In this document: positions 38,868-47,048 of the stretch, piece after piece
Layout: each line of letters begins with the position of its first letter
Numbering within the stretch: position 1 is the stretch's first letter
Assembly: GCA_963703345.1 (NCBI GenBank)
Contig: OY969814.1
Coordinates: 2,208,001-2,272,000, forward strand
From: an uncultured Chloroflexia bacterium
Lineage (GTDB): Bacteria > Chloroflexota > Dehalococcoidia > DSTF01 > JALHUB01
Direction of reading: 5' to 3'
DNA: 64,000 bases
Translations under genes and position numbers: made by a program
Notes under the pieces: model-generated
Database searches by the model: none
Told to the model about the DNA's origin: nothing
What the model saw: only the letters and a program-made list of their open reading frames with translations

Positions 38868-39725
38868 TTACGACCGCCCCCGCCTTCCCCACACGGCTAT
38901 GGAGAGTGCTGCAAGCGACAAAACGAGCGAAAAAAAGGATACCGCTAGCGCGGTCATTGGCCAACCACCCAGTATATCGCCTTCCGGTTTGATAACTGGG
39001 GCTATTGCGACGACAGCTAGGGCCGCTATGACCGCGGCCAGCACCGCCACCACAATCGTGATGAAGGTGATCGACTGCGCTCTGAGTTCGTCACTTTGCC
39101 TTGTCACGCGCGCTCCGAGTTCGTCACTTTGCCTTGTCACCCTCTCGACGTTCTCGACCATCTCGCGGGGAAAACTCCGCAGCCGATGAAGATCAAAATC
39201 CCCCAGAGAATCTCGGCCCTGCTTCATCGGTATGCTGATTCCTTTCCTGAACGGGGTGGTCTTGACGAAATCCATCGCGAAAAGCTCTTTGCGATAATCG
39301 AGAACTACTTCGCGATCGGCCAGATTATATACTGGTGCGAACAGTTCTCCTGACCATCCCGGGTCAACCTGAAGAGCTCCCACCCATAGCAAGCCCTCAT
39401 AAACGCTCGACACTTTCAGAGCCCATCGTGCTATCAAGAATCTTGGCAGGTTCAACTTCTCGTAAGTACTGACAATCGCCATTTGATAAGGAGCGATTTT
39501 AAGGGGAGCGTTTTCGGCTATTACCACATCGACTCCACCCAGACGAGCGTGACTTCCCAGCGTTAGGTTGTATCTTGCTGCTCGCAGGTGTTCCTGGTGG
39601 AATGGATCGATGAGCGGCGGGACTACTTTGGTGGAGTAGTATTCGATCTCGTCAGATAGGAGCACCGCTCCGTGCCATCCCCCCCGGCTCTTTCGCTGGT
39701 CTTCTTCAAGGATGTCTTCCTGCAT
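38868..39725 (-). CDS. dCTP deaminase/dUTPase-fold protein fused to coiled coil and two TM helices
   Basis: LLSDEI, LIDPF..EHLRAARYNLTLG, E.LNLP, VDPGWSG..YN; C-terminal FITIVVAVLAAVIAALAVV and LAVSFFSLVLSLAAL. Confidence 0.82.
   Translation of the reverse strand: MQEDILEEDQRKSRGGWHGAVLLSDEIEYYSTKVVPPLIDPFHQEHLRAARYNLTLGSHARLGGVDVVIAENAPLKIAPYQMAIVSTYEKLNLPRFLIARWALKVSSVYEGLLWVGALQVDPGWSGELFAPVYNLADREVVLDYRKELFAMDFVKTTPFRKGISIPMKQGRDSLGDFDLHRLRSFPREMVENVERVTRQSDELGARVTRQSDELRAQSITFITIVVAVLAAVIAALAVVAIAPVIKPEGDILGGWPMTALAVSFFSLVLSLAALSIAVWGRRGRS
39084..39140. repeat. 33-bp-period tandem duplication (RVTRQSDEL x2)
   Basis: gagttcgtcactttgccttgtcac at 39084 and 39117. Confidence 0.9.
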
Positions 39726-40079
39726 GGATCCCTCCAGTAAGCGCGGTTCAGAGTAACGGACCCAACCCGAGGTTCATATTCGATGAGTCCGCGACAAAGC
39801 GCTTGACCCCGACGCGAAAACCAGTTGACGGCCTCCTCCCAAGGAGCCGTCCAGCCTCTTCCGGAGGCAAACGATGCCCGCTCAATCTTGGGCCGGTGCT
39901 GCGGTGCGATGCGGTTGCGATATCGACAGACCGTTGAAAGAGGGCTCCAGGCTACGTGCGCCGGGCGCCGCGATGGTAGGTGAGAACCCCTCTCGTTCTC
40001 TCAACACGGTGTGGGCAAGTCTATGCCGCCTGTCGACGATTTCCACTGCAGGGCCGACCGATTGCGAAGACAAAGCGTT

Positions 40080-41024
40080 TCAAACTGGGGCCGGAACGCT
40101 ATTCGGCGGACTCATCTCCTTTGCGGGCATTGACTTTATCGCTTCGCCACAACCGCCATCGCAGCCGTTGTCCGGTACGTGGTTTGCCTCAAAGCAGCTA
40201 GGGCACACCATTTGGCCATTGCGAGTGTAGACGCGGCGCATAAGATTCGCCAGGGTCAGCTCTTCGCCAATCAGCCTATCCAATAGTCCGTCCTCTACCA
40301 TTGCCCTGCCCAACTTATTGATTCCCTCTGCTCGAATGCCTACTTTCCGAAGGATCGAGCAGCTCCACGACACCACATCGGCCAACTCCTCGATCATGTG
40401 AGCGCGATGACGATCGATCTCTTTGCTACCTTCTGCGGGAGCATCGCAGAGTATGCGTATATCTTCCGCAACCTCGGCGACCTCCTCTAGGTAATGAAAC
40501 CCGATGTCGCTGTCTAGACGCAGCTGGTCATCCTTGTCGAAGATCTCCTTGAAGAGGCCCTCAAGGTCACAAAGGGTCTTGGGCACGTGCCCCTTGGATT
40601 TCTTTCTATTTCTGGTCAACTGGTCAGCGACGTGTTCTTTGTCAAGAGGGCCTCTTAGTGACGCGCATTGGCAGCCAGGGCTCAGGCAATGGGGACAGAT
40701 CAGCGGATATTTGTAGAACGCAATCGTCCCAAGGCCGTCAAGCGCTCCCAAATGCGGATCGGTAATAGGCTCGAATGAGGCTGGAACCTGCTCCTTCTGG
40801 CCGAGCTTCCTTACAAAGATAGTCAGCCAACACCAGGCTTGCGCTAAGCCTACTAGTTGGGCCGAAAGGACCTCCTCGCGAATCCCTTCTCCTACCGCTG
40901 CCGCATGCTCTGCGACCTTCAACCAGATTCGCTCCAGGGATCGCTTTCCGGCCAACTCCCCGTAGAGTGACCAAAGCCCATCTGCCCAGGCATCAAGGTT
41001 GTCGTCGTCAGGAGCAGTAACCAT
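40080..41024 (-). CDS. MazG-like NTP pyrophosphohydrolase with duplicated domain and Cys clusters
   Basis: LEEVAEV...EELADVVSW in second half; degenerate AEH..A / LAQAWCW in first half; KYPLICPHC...CQC and CPSC. Confidence 0.78.
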   Translation of the reverse strand: MVTAPDDDNLDAWADGLWSLYGELAGKRSLERIWLKVAEHAAAVGEGIREEVLSAQLVGLAQAWCWLTIFVRKLGQKEQVPASFEPITDPHLGALDGLGTIAFYKYPLICPHCLSPGCQCASLRGPLDKEHVADQLTRNRKKSKGHVPKTLCDLEGLFKEIFDKDDQLRLDSDIGFHYLEEVAEVAEDIRILCDAPAEGSKEIDRHRAHMIEELADVVSWSCSILRKVGIRAEGINKLGRAMVEDGLLDRLIGEELTLANLMRRVYTRNGQMVCPSCFEANHVPDNGCDGGCGEAIKSMPAKEMSPPNSVPAPV

Positions 41025-42099
41025 AGGAGAATACTCCTCTTCTCTTGCCCGCTACCTCAGGGGCGTGCGTCGTCCGTCGATCAACCAACTCTTCATTTGT
41101 GGGACCCGTTCCGATAAACACCACCGGGACCCCTAGTTCCCCCTCAATTTCTCGAGCAAATCGGCGCGCACTTTCGGTGAGGTTCGCAAAATCAGTCTGC
41201 CCCTTGTTCTCGAAATCAATGTAGTCCACCCCGTGAACGGCAATAGCCGTAGGTCGATTCACCGCCGCCGCCCGTTTCACAAGGGCGAGGTCGAAAGTCG
41301 CCACTCGCCTGGGGTTCTTGGTGACAGTAGTCAACTCCATTATTGGATAGGGATACCCGCTCAACTCCCTCAGTCGATCCCAGGAGATCTCGTCACCGAT
41401 CTCGCCGGAATTGCCGGCGACCCTTATTGGGAAAGTGCGGACCGCCATGATTACATCGTCGACGGCCAACGGACTCAATCCAACCTCGCCTAGAAATGAC
41501 GCTGCCGTAGTGTCGCGGCTCGTGCAATATGGGAACTGAGCCGTGTGGTAAAGCGAGAGGCCATAACCTTGAGTGCCTTCTACTAAGGTTTTCGCCCCGC
41601 GATCGACCGCACTGTTGACTTCGTCGGCGACGTCCGTGAGAAATAGACGCAGCTCGGGCACGTCTTTAGCGAGTCTGAAAGATTCGTCGCGAAGAGCCCT
41701 GCGAGCGACGGCTGAACCTGTCCCGGACAACGTCGAGCCGCATCTCTCCCTGAGAAGGGTGCGTGTCTCAGCAGCCCGGTCAGTCTCCTCAATGATGCCC
41801 GTGTTTCGATCGATGCCAATTCTGTCCGGGCGCACGCCGAACGTCGCTAACTCATCAAAGAACACGCCAACATCCAGCAAACCGCCAGCAGCAATCAATA
41901 GCCGGGTCCTGGAGTTTACAAGTCCGGCCGGGATGCTCCGCAGTTGAATTCTCTTGCCGCCCATGTCAACGGTGTGGCCGGAGTTGGGTCCGCCGCAGCG
42001 CACTACGTATTCGACATCATCAGTCATACTCAGGTGGGAGCAGATTTTGCCCTTGCCCTCTCCTCCGTATTGAGCGCCCACGATCACCGTCACGCCCAT
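41008..42099 (-). CDS. Adenylosuccinate synthetase homolog with PurZ/PurZ0-type signatures
   Basis: GAQYGGEGKGK, GGPNSGHT, EGTQG..L, FPYCTSRD, RTFPIRVAGNSG, ELTTVTKNPRRV, HGVDY, GTGP; 363-aa short form; GGAGG RBS. Confidence 0.85.
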   Translation of the reverse strand: MGVTVIVGAQYGGEGKGKICSHLSMTDDVEYVVRCGGPNSGHTVDMGGKRIQLRSIPAGLVNSRTRLLIAAGGLLDVGVFFDELATFGVRPDRIGIDRNTGIIEETDRAAETRTLLRERCGSTLSGTGSAVARRALRDESFRLAKDVPELRLFLTDVADEVNSAVDRGAKTLVEGTQGYGLSLYHTAQFPYCTSRDTTAASFLGEVGLSPLAVDDVIMAVRTFPIRVAGNSGEIGDEISWDRLRELSGYPYPIMELTTVTKNPRRVATFDLALVKRAAAVNRPTAIAVHGVDYIDFENKGQTDFANLTESARRFAREIEGELGVPVVFIGTGPTNEELVDRRTTHAPEVAGKRRGVFSYGYCS

Positions 42100-43673
42100 T
42101 GCAGACCTCCTGAGACACTCGTCTCTTTGGCTCGCGGCATTCGAACGCCTTCATGATGATTCGGCGCTGTCGGCACGATTAGATAGCCTTCATCGTCGTT
42201 GCCCAGCGCTTCGTAGTCACCCGCAAGATAGAAATAACCGACGATGGCCGAGGTTATTGCATCCAGTTCATCATGACTAAGCGACTGATCAGCAAGCGGC
42301 CCCGTTATCCCAAAGTCGAGGAGCGACATCCTAAGCTCCTCTCTCCCTGTACTCTTCCGCGGTATTCGAAGAATGTCTTGGGCGGCCCCGGGGAAGCTCT
42401 CGATGACTTCAAGACCCTGTTGCCGCAATCTGTTCGCCAGCGTGATGCCCCGATTCGTCAAAGCGATCATTGTCGGCAATTGACACCAGAACACGGAGAT
42501 CCCGCGCTGCTTGAGCTCCAGCTCCGAGTGCCGGTAGATCTTCCGAATGCCCCCGTCCGTGGGTGCAGGCAAATTGAGCGGAGAGTCAATAGATACTACG
42601 TCGGGTTTTGCCTGCAGCGTCAGTTCCACGAGGTCATCGTCCGTTCGCACCACTTTGGTCGTTGCGTGTCTGCCTTTGAGCAGCGCCCAGCCCGTCGGCC
42701 GCTTTGGTGATGCGGCGAGATCAATGCCGACTATCCCGCGCTCTGTTCCAGTCTTTCGGAGAAGCGACAGTATGCGGTGCTTCCGGGGAGGGGTGACAGC
42801 TCGTCCGGAAGCCAACGGGGCGAGGGCCATACGGAGTGCCTCTTCGACTTGGGTGGCCGTCATGTCCATGCCGACAATTGGCCCGGGTGGCTCACTTGGG
42901 CTGCTGCTCAGCAAACGGCGACTTGCCTCCGAGTATGCGAAGTTTAGCAGTTGAACAAGGTTGACGGTATCCCACATGTTGTAGCGCACTAGTTGTTCGA
43001 AAGCGGACTGCTGGCCACGCTTATACGCGAACCAAAGGGCGGCGGCCTGCCTTCCTGTAATGGCCTGAGATTCCGCATCTCTGGTGAGACCGAGCGCCTG
43101 CTCGATGCGCTTGAGGCCTCCCCGTAGCTCGAGGCGGGCGAGAAGAAAACGTAGATCCACATGAACCAAGGGTAGATCAAGCTTCGGGTAGGCGGACCGC
43201 AAGAAGGGGATGTCGAACTGGCTCCCATTGAATGTCACCAGGATCCCGAAACGACGCACTGCGTCAGGGAAGCGCTCCAAGTTGACGCCCTGGACGAAGC
43301 ATTCGTAGCCTTCCTTGCTGTACAGACCTACCATGGTCAGTTCGTCGTAATAGCGACTGAGCCCAGTCGTCTCGACGTCAAGGAAAGCAATGCGGTCAGA
43401 GAACTCGCGAACTAGGCGCCATCGTTCGCCAGATGGGAACAGCGGAGCAAAGTAGTCCAAACGACGGTGATCGAGAGCCTGCTTTGACTCGCGGAGCCCC
43501 GACAGCAGTCGGCGCGAAGGCCCGACCAGGCGCTCGGTCGAAATCGGGGCGGGATTCAGCGGACGGTCAACCCAAGCGAAGTAGTCCGACCAGGAATGGA
43601 TTCCCTGGGACCACAGTCGCTGCTCGGTTCGCCTGCCGACTCCGTGTAGGTGGCTGAAGGTATTGGTGAGCAT
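42090..43673 (-). CDS. YprB-like (RNase_H_2, DEDD) exonuclease fused to DUF429 domain
   Basis: HhH-like GVGRRTE, FLDVETTG, FNGSQFD, HVDL, YNMWD; then VGIDLA, SIDSPL, IESFPG, HDELDAI. Confidence 0.82.
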   Translation of the reverse strand: MLTNTFSHLHGVGRRTEQRLWSQGIHSWSDYFAWVDRPLNPAPISTERLVGPSRRLLSGLRESKQALDHRRLDYFAPLFPSGERWRLVREFSDRIAFLDVETTGLSRYYDELTMVGLYSKEGYECFVQGVNLERFPDAVRRFGILVTFNGSQFDIPFLRSAYPKLDLPLVHVDLRFLLARLELRGGLKRIEQALGLTRDAESQAITGRQAAALWFAYKRGQQSAFEQLVRYNMWDTVNLVQLLNFAYSEASRRLLSSSPSEPPGPIVGMDMTATQVEEALRMALAPLASGRAVTPPRKHRILSLLRKTGTERGIVGIDLAASPKRPTGWALLKGRHATTKVVRTDDDLVELTLQAKPDVVSIDSPLNLPAPTDGGIRKIYRHSELELKQRGISVFWCQLPTMIALTNRGITLANRLRQQGLEVIESFPGAAQDILRIPRKSTGREELRMSLLDFGITGPLADQSLSHDELDAITSAIVGYFYLAGDYEALGNDDEGYLIVPTAPNHHEGVRMPRAKETSVSGGLQWA

Positions 43674-43891
43674 CCTGCGACGGTTATTCTACGCGAGGCC
43701 CGACTCGCGTGCTAGCCTTCGCCGACGACATACGCGTGCGGGGGCCCTCTTACACAACCACGTCGTGTGCTGCCGCCGGGCATTCTGTACTCTACCATCA
43801 TGCAAGGAGTCATCATTACCATTCTGTCCGCCAGGAATTTGCCAGTCACGTCCCGTTACCCTACCATTGGCGGTTGAAAGGTTGACGTTGG

Positions 43892-45370
43892 ATGACAGAT
43901 TCCGACCCTTCAACGCATTGGCCGAGCCACATCTCGCCTCTTGAGTTCCGGTACCTGCCTTCTGGGGACCCGAGAAGCGAACGAGTCAGGCAGTATCTCA
44001 CTGAAGAAGCCTATGTCCGCTATCTCACCAGGGTCGAGTCCGAGCTGGCAAGGGCACTTGGTAGGCTGGGGGTATGCCCTCAGGAAGTTGCGGATTCTAT
44101 TTCGAGGGCAGCTGATGCTGTCAGCGCCGTGGAAGTGTACCACGAAGAGCGCACTACAGGTCATCAGATCCCGGCCCTGGTAAACTGCATACGTCGAAGG
44201 GTTCCCCCCGATGCGGCGAATTTCGTTCACCTTTTTGCCACGTCGTCTGACATCATGGACACCGCGAACGCCTTACGCTACAAAGAATTCGCCAGGGACG
44301 TTCTGCTCGTTGACCTCATTCGGCTGGAGCGAACGCTTATCGAACTAGCCGAGATGCACGCTAGCACAAGACAGGTGGGCAGAACTCATGGGATGTTTGC
44401 TGAACCCTTGACATTTGGCTTCGCGCTAGCGTTCTACGTTGATCGGCTCGGCAATCGAATCCGCAGCATTAATGACGCTCGGAACAACCTACGAGGCAAA
44501 CTCTCCGGCGCAGTGGGGGCCTACAATTCGATGTCGCTTGCGTTCCCGGACGACCCTACGGTTCTGGAATCCGACGTTCTGGGCCACCTGGGCTTGCAGC
44601 CCTCAGACACTCGCATTTCAACGCAGATTGTTCAACCTGAATACTTGACAGACTTCGTTTATTCGGTCGTGACGTGTCATTCCGTGATCGCGAATCTCGC
44701 CGATGACATGAGACACTTACACAGAAGCGAAATCGCGGAGGTGCGAGAACGTAGTGGCGAGGGCCGGGTGGGCTCTTCAACAATGCCTCGCAAGATCAAC
44801 CCCCAGTCCTTCGAGACCGTAAAGAGCATGTGGAAGGTGACGATGCCGCGCCTCACTACCGTGTTGCTCGATCAGATATCCGAGCATCAGCGAGACTTGA
44901 CGAACTCGGCCTCGATGCGCTTCATGCCCGAGATTCTGGCGGCTGTCGATTTCTCAGTTTGTCTTCTTGGCGACGCAATGCAGCGTCTGGAAGTAGGGGT
45001 TGACAGCATGAAGTCGAACCTCGCCTCTGCCTCGCGGGAGACCGTAGCAGAGCCGCTCTACATCTTGCTCGCGCTCAACGGCTGCCCGAACGGTTTCGCG
45101 AAAGCGCGCGACCTGGTAGGCCAATCTATCGCTACTGGTGTGCCGGTGTTAGACCTTTGCGAGGTTGATGAAGATGTGCGTCCGATCCTCGCCCGACTGC
45201 GCCAGGAACATGTTGCTATCCTTCAGGACCCGAGCCTCTATGTGGGAGACGCGGTGAGGAGAGGCAACGAAACGTGCGCCCTCTGGCGCGCCCAAGTCAA
45301 CCGGCTAGAGGCCGCATTGCAGCGAGAAAGAGCGGAGCGTTCGGCTTCGTCTCTTGGGCCGAGGCTGTGA
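43892..45370 (+). CDS. purB: Adenylosuccinate lyase family protein (island copy)
   Basis: ISPLEFRY, H..ATSSDI.DTA, GRTHG..AEP.TFG, GAVG, STQ, GSSTMPRKINP, EHQRDLTNS. Confidence 0.88.
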   Translation: MTDSDPSTHWPSHISPLEFRYLPSGDPRSERVRQYLTEEAYVRYLTRVESELARALGRLGVCPQEVADSISRAADAVSAVEVYHEERTTGHQIPALVNCIRRRVPPDAANFVHLFATSSDIMDTANALRYKEFARDVLLVDLIRLERTLIELAEMHASTRQVGRTHGMFAEPLTFGFALAFYVDRLGNRIRSINDARNNLRGKLSGAVGAYNSMSLAFPDDPTVLESDVLGHLGLQPSDTRISTQIVQPEYLTDFVYSVVTCHSVIANLADDMRHLHRSEIAEVRERSGEGRVGSSTMPRKINPQSFETVKSMWKVTMPRLTTVLLDQISEHQRDLTNSASMRFMPEILAAVDFSVCLLGDAMQRLEVGVDSMKSNLASASRETVAEPLYILLALNGCPNGFAKARDLVGQSIATGVPVLDLCEVDEDVRPILARLRQEHVAILQDPSLYVGDAVRRGNETCALWRAQVNRLEAALQRERAERSASSLGPRL

Positions 45371-45451
45371 CGCGTGACCCTATGCTTCGGAGACAAATAC
45401 TCTACTGGACTCGTCGGCCGTGTGCTGGCAGCGGAGCATTGCGCGCTGTTT

Positions 45452-46069
45452 TTAGGATGACGTTTTGCGGCCGCTCGTGGTGCCCGTTCTCTCGTCGGCA
45501 AGAATCTTCGCCCACTGCTCTTTGGACTCTTTCTCGCCGTAAGGCCACTCCGCGAAGGTGAGAACCAGGACCACTATCGTGTAAACCATCCCGAGAGCGA
45601 TGACGCTTACAAAACCCTCCCTGGGATTGGGCTTAAGGTCGAAGGCTACCTGTACCAGAAATGGCAGCGCACCCGCTGCGATTCCTAGAAGGAGGAAGAC
45701 CATAGCTTGCGCTCCTGAATATGCACGTATGGCTACGCGTCGCCGGAGCTTGCGGTATATCTCCCATCGCTGTTCCCATTGTGACTGGCCAGTCGCAGAG
45801 AGATAAGCAGTGATCACTCGTAATTGGACCTTCAGTGCCTGGTGCAGGCAAAACAGCGCTAGAAGAACAAGCAAGAGCAGAAGAGAGATACCGTAGGTAA
45901 TCCATCCAACATCGCTGGCTGTCGCATTAGCCTTCTCCACTATCCAGCCGGCGCCGACGCCGAAAATCGTAACTGCCAGGATGGTTATGAGAAGCCTCTG
46001 ATTCACTATTTGATTGACCTCGCCGTGAAGCTTCGTGGCATCGAGTTTCTCACCTTCTTCTGTCTGCAC
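45452..46069 (-). CDS. Four-TM membrane protein (effector-like)
   Basis: Four hydrophobic helices; GTG at 46069 with GGAGG RBS overlapping end of upstream gene. Confidence 0.7.
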   Translation of the reverse strand: MQTEEGEKLDATKLHGEVNQIVNQRLLITILAVTIFGVGAGWIVEKANATASDVGWITYGISLLLLLVLLALFCLHQALKVQLRVITAYLSATGQSQWEQRWEIYRKLRRRVAIRAYSGAQAMVFLLLGIAAGALPFLVQVAFDLKPNPREGFVSVIALGMVYTIVVLVLTFAEWPYGEKESKEQWAKILADERTGTTSGRKTSS

Positions 46070-47042
46070 GACGCGGCCTCCTGTGTGTCGAGTCCTGGCC
46101 GGAATACTTCCCCATTTCTCTCTCAAGGGCAGCAAGTGATGTCGCATTACCGAAACAGCGGGACATCGCAAGCAAGAGGCGATATCTCGACGTCGGGTGC
46201 CAGCGGTAACCGCGTCGTGTCTGCACAATTAGACGTGCCACGTTGGTCGGCAGAAGAGGGACGAATCGCAGACGTTTCAACTCTGCTCTACTACGGTCCC
46301 TTCGTTTTCTCCACGACGTCATAAGATCGCCAGACGAGAAGGCCGTCTTTAGATAGGCTACGATTGCAGGATTGGCTATCGCCGATTCGATGACCACGGC
46401 GAGGAGCGCACAATCGCTTGGTTCGGCACCTGCAGGAAAGAGTTCCTCGTTTACGCCTCGCGCTGCCGCTGCGTGAAATGCTGCATCCCCATAGGCCAAA
46501 TCCTCAGGCGAAAGTTGCTCTTCAAAGGAGGCACACCAATGGAGTGGGTGGTATTCTACCCACTCGCTCCTCTGGGCAAGCACTAGCATTTCATCCGCGG
46601 TCTCCACGATGCCGTGAATGCTGACAATGTTTGGAGTTGAGGCGGTTTTGGATTCGACGAGGGTCCGGATAAGCTCAAGCCGCGAGCCTATCCCCCCGTT
46701 CGACCTGAGATACTCGTGAATCGGTTGCACCTCGGACCATTCGGTGGCTTGGACACTGAGACGAATCTTCTCCCCCTGAGACGTGTAGGTTCGAAGCGAC
46801 AGTTTGCGTTCGCTAATCTCGTCACGGTGATGTTCAAGCCATGAATCTCTGAGTGCACGCCAACTATCCGAGATACCTCCTACTCTGCGTTGAATTCTGA
46901 CACGCGTGTCTCGAATTTCCCACCCTGGCGATAGGCTTGGCGCTCTAGTCCCTTCGATTGCTCCATCCACGATCAGCTGGGGCATAGGAATTTGGGTCGC
47001 CCTGCCGCCGCTCGGGACTGCGTAGAATTCCTGAAAATCCAT
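46050..47042 (-). CDS. Nudix-fold-like protein
   Basis: VETADEMLVLAQRS..V...P..W..SFEE...AAARGVNEEL divergent Nudix box. Confidence 0.65.
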   Translation of the reverse strand: MDFQEFYAVPSGGRATQIPMPQLIVDGAIEGTRAPSLSPGWEIRDTRVRIQRRVGGISDSWRALRDSWLEHHRDEISERKLSLRTYTSQGEKIRLSVQATEWSEVQPIHEYLRSNGGIGSRLELIRTLVESKTASTPNIVSIHGIVETADEMLVLAQRSEWVEYHPLHWCASFEEQLSPEDLAYGDAAFHAAAARGVNEELFPAGAEPSDCALLAVVIESAIANPAIVAYLKTAFSSGDLMTSWRKRRDRSRAELKRLRFVPLLPTNVARLIVQTRRGYRWHPTSRYRLLLAMSRCFGNATSLAALEREMGKYSGQDSTHRRPRRADRRR

Positions 47043-47048
47043 CGCAGT

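Noticed and set aside
39882-40073. 63-aa ORF between mazG-like and dcd-2TM
   Set aside because: Co-oriented, but short with no recognisable family; cannot be supported.
41008-45370. Plain housekeeping purA/purB call
   Set aside because: Catalytic Asp and the IMP-site Arg are replaced, and the genes sit in an island among defence genes; not formally excluded without the rest of the genome.
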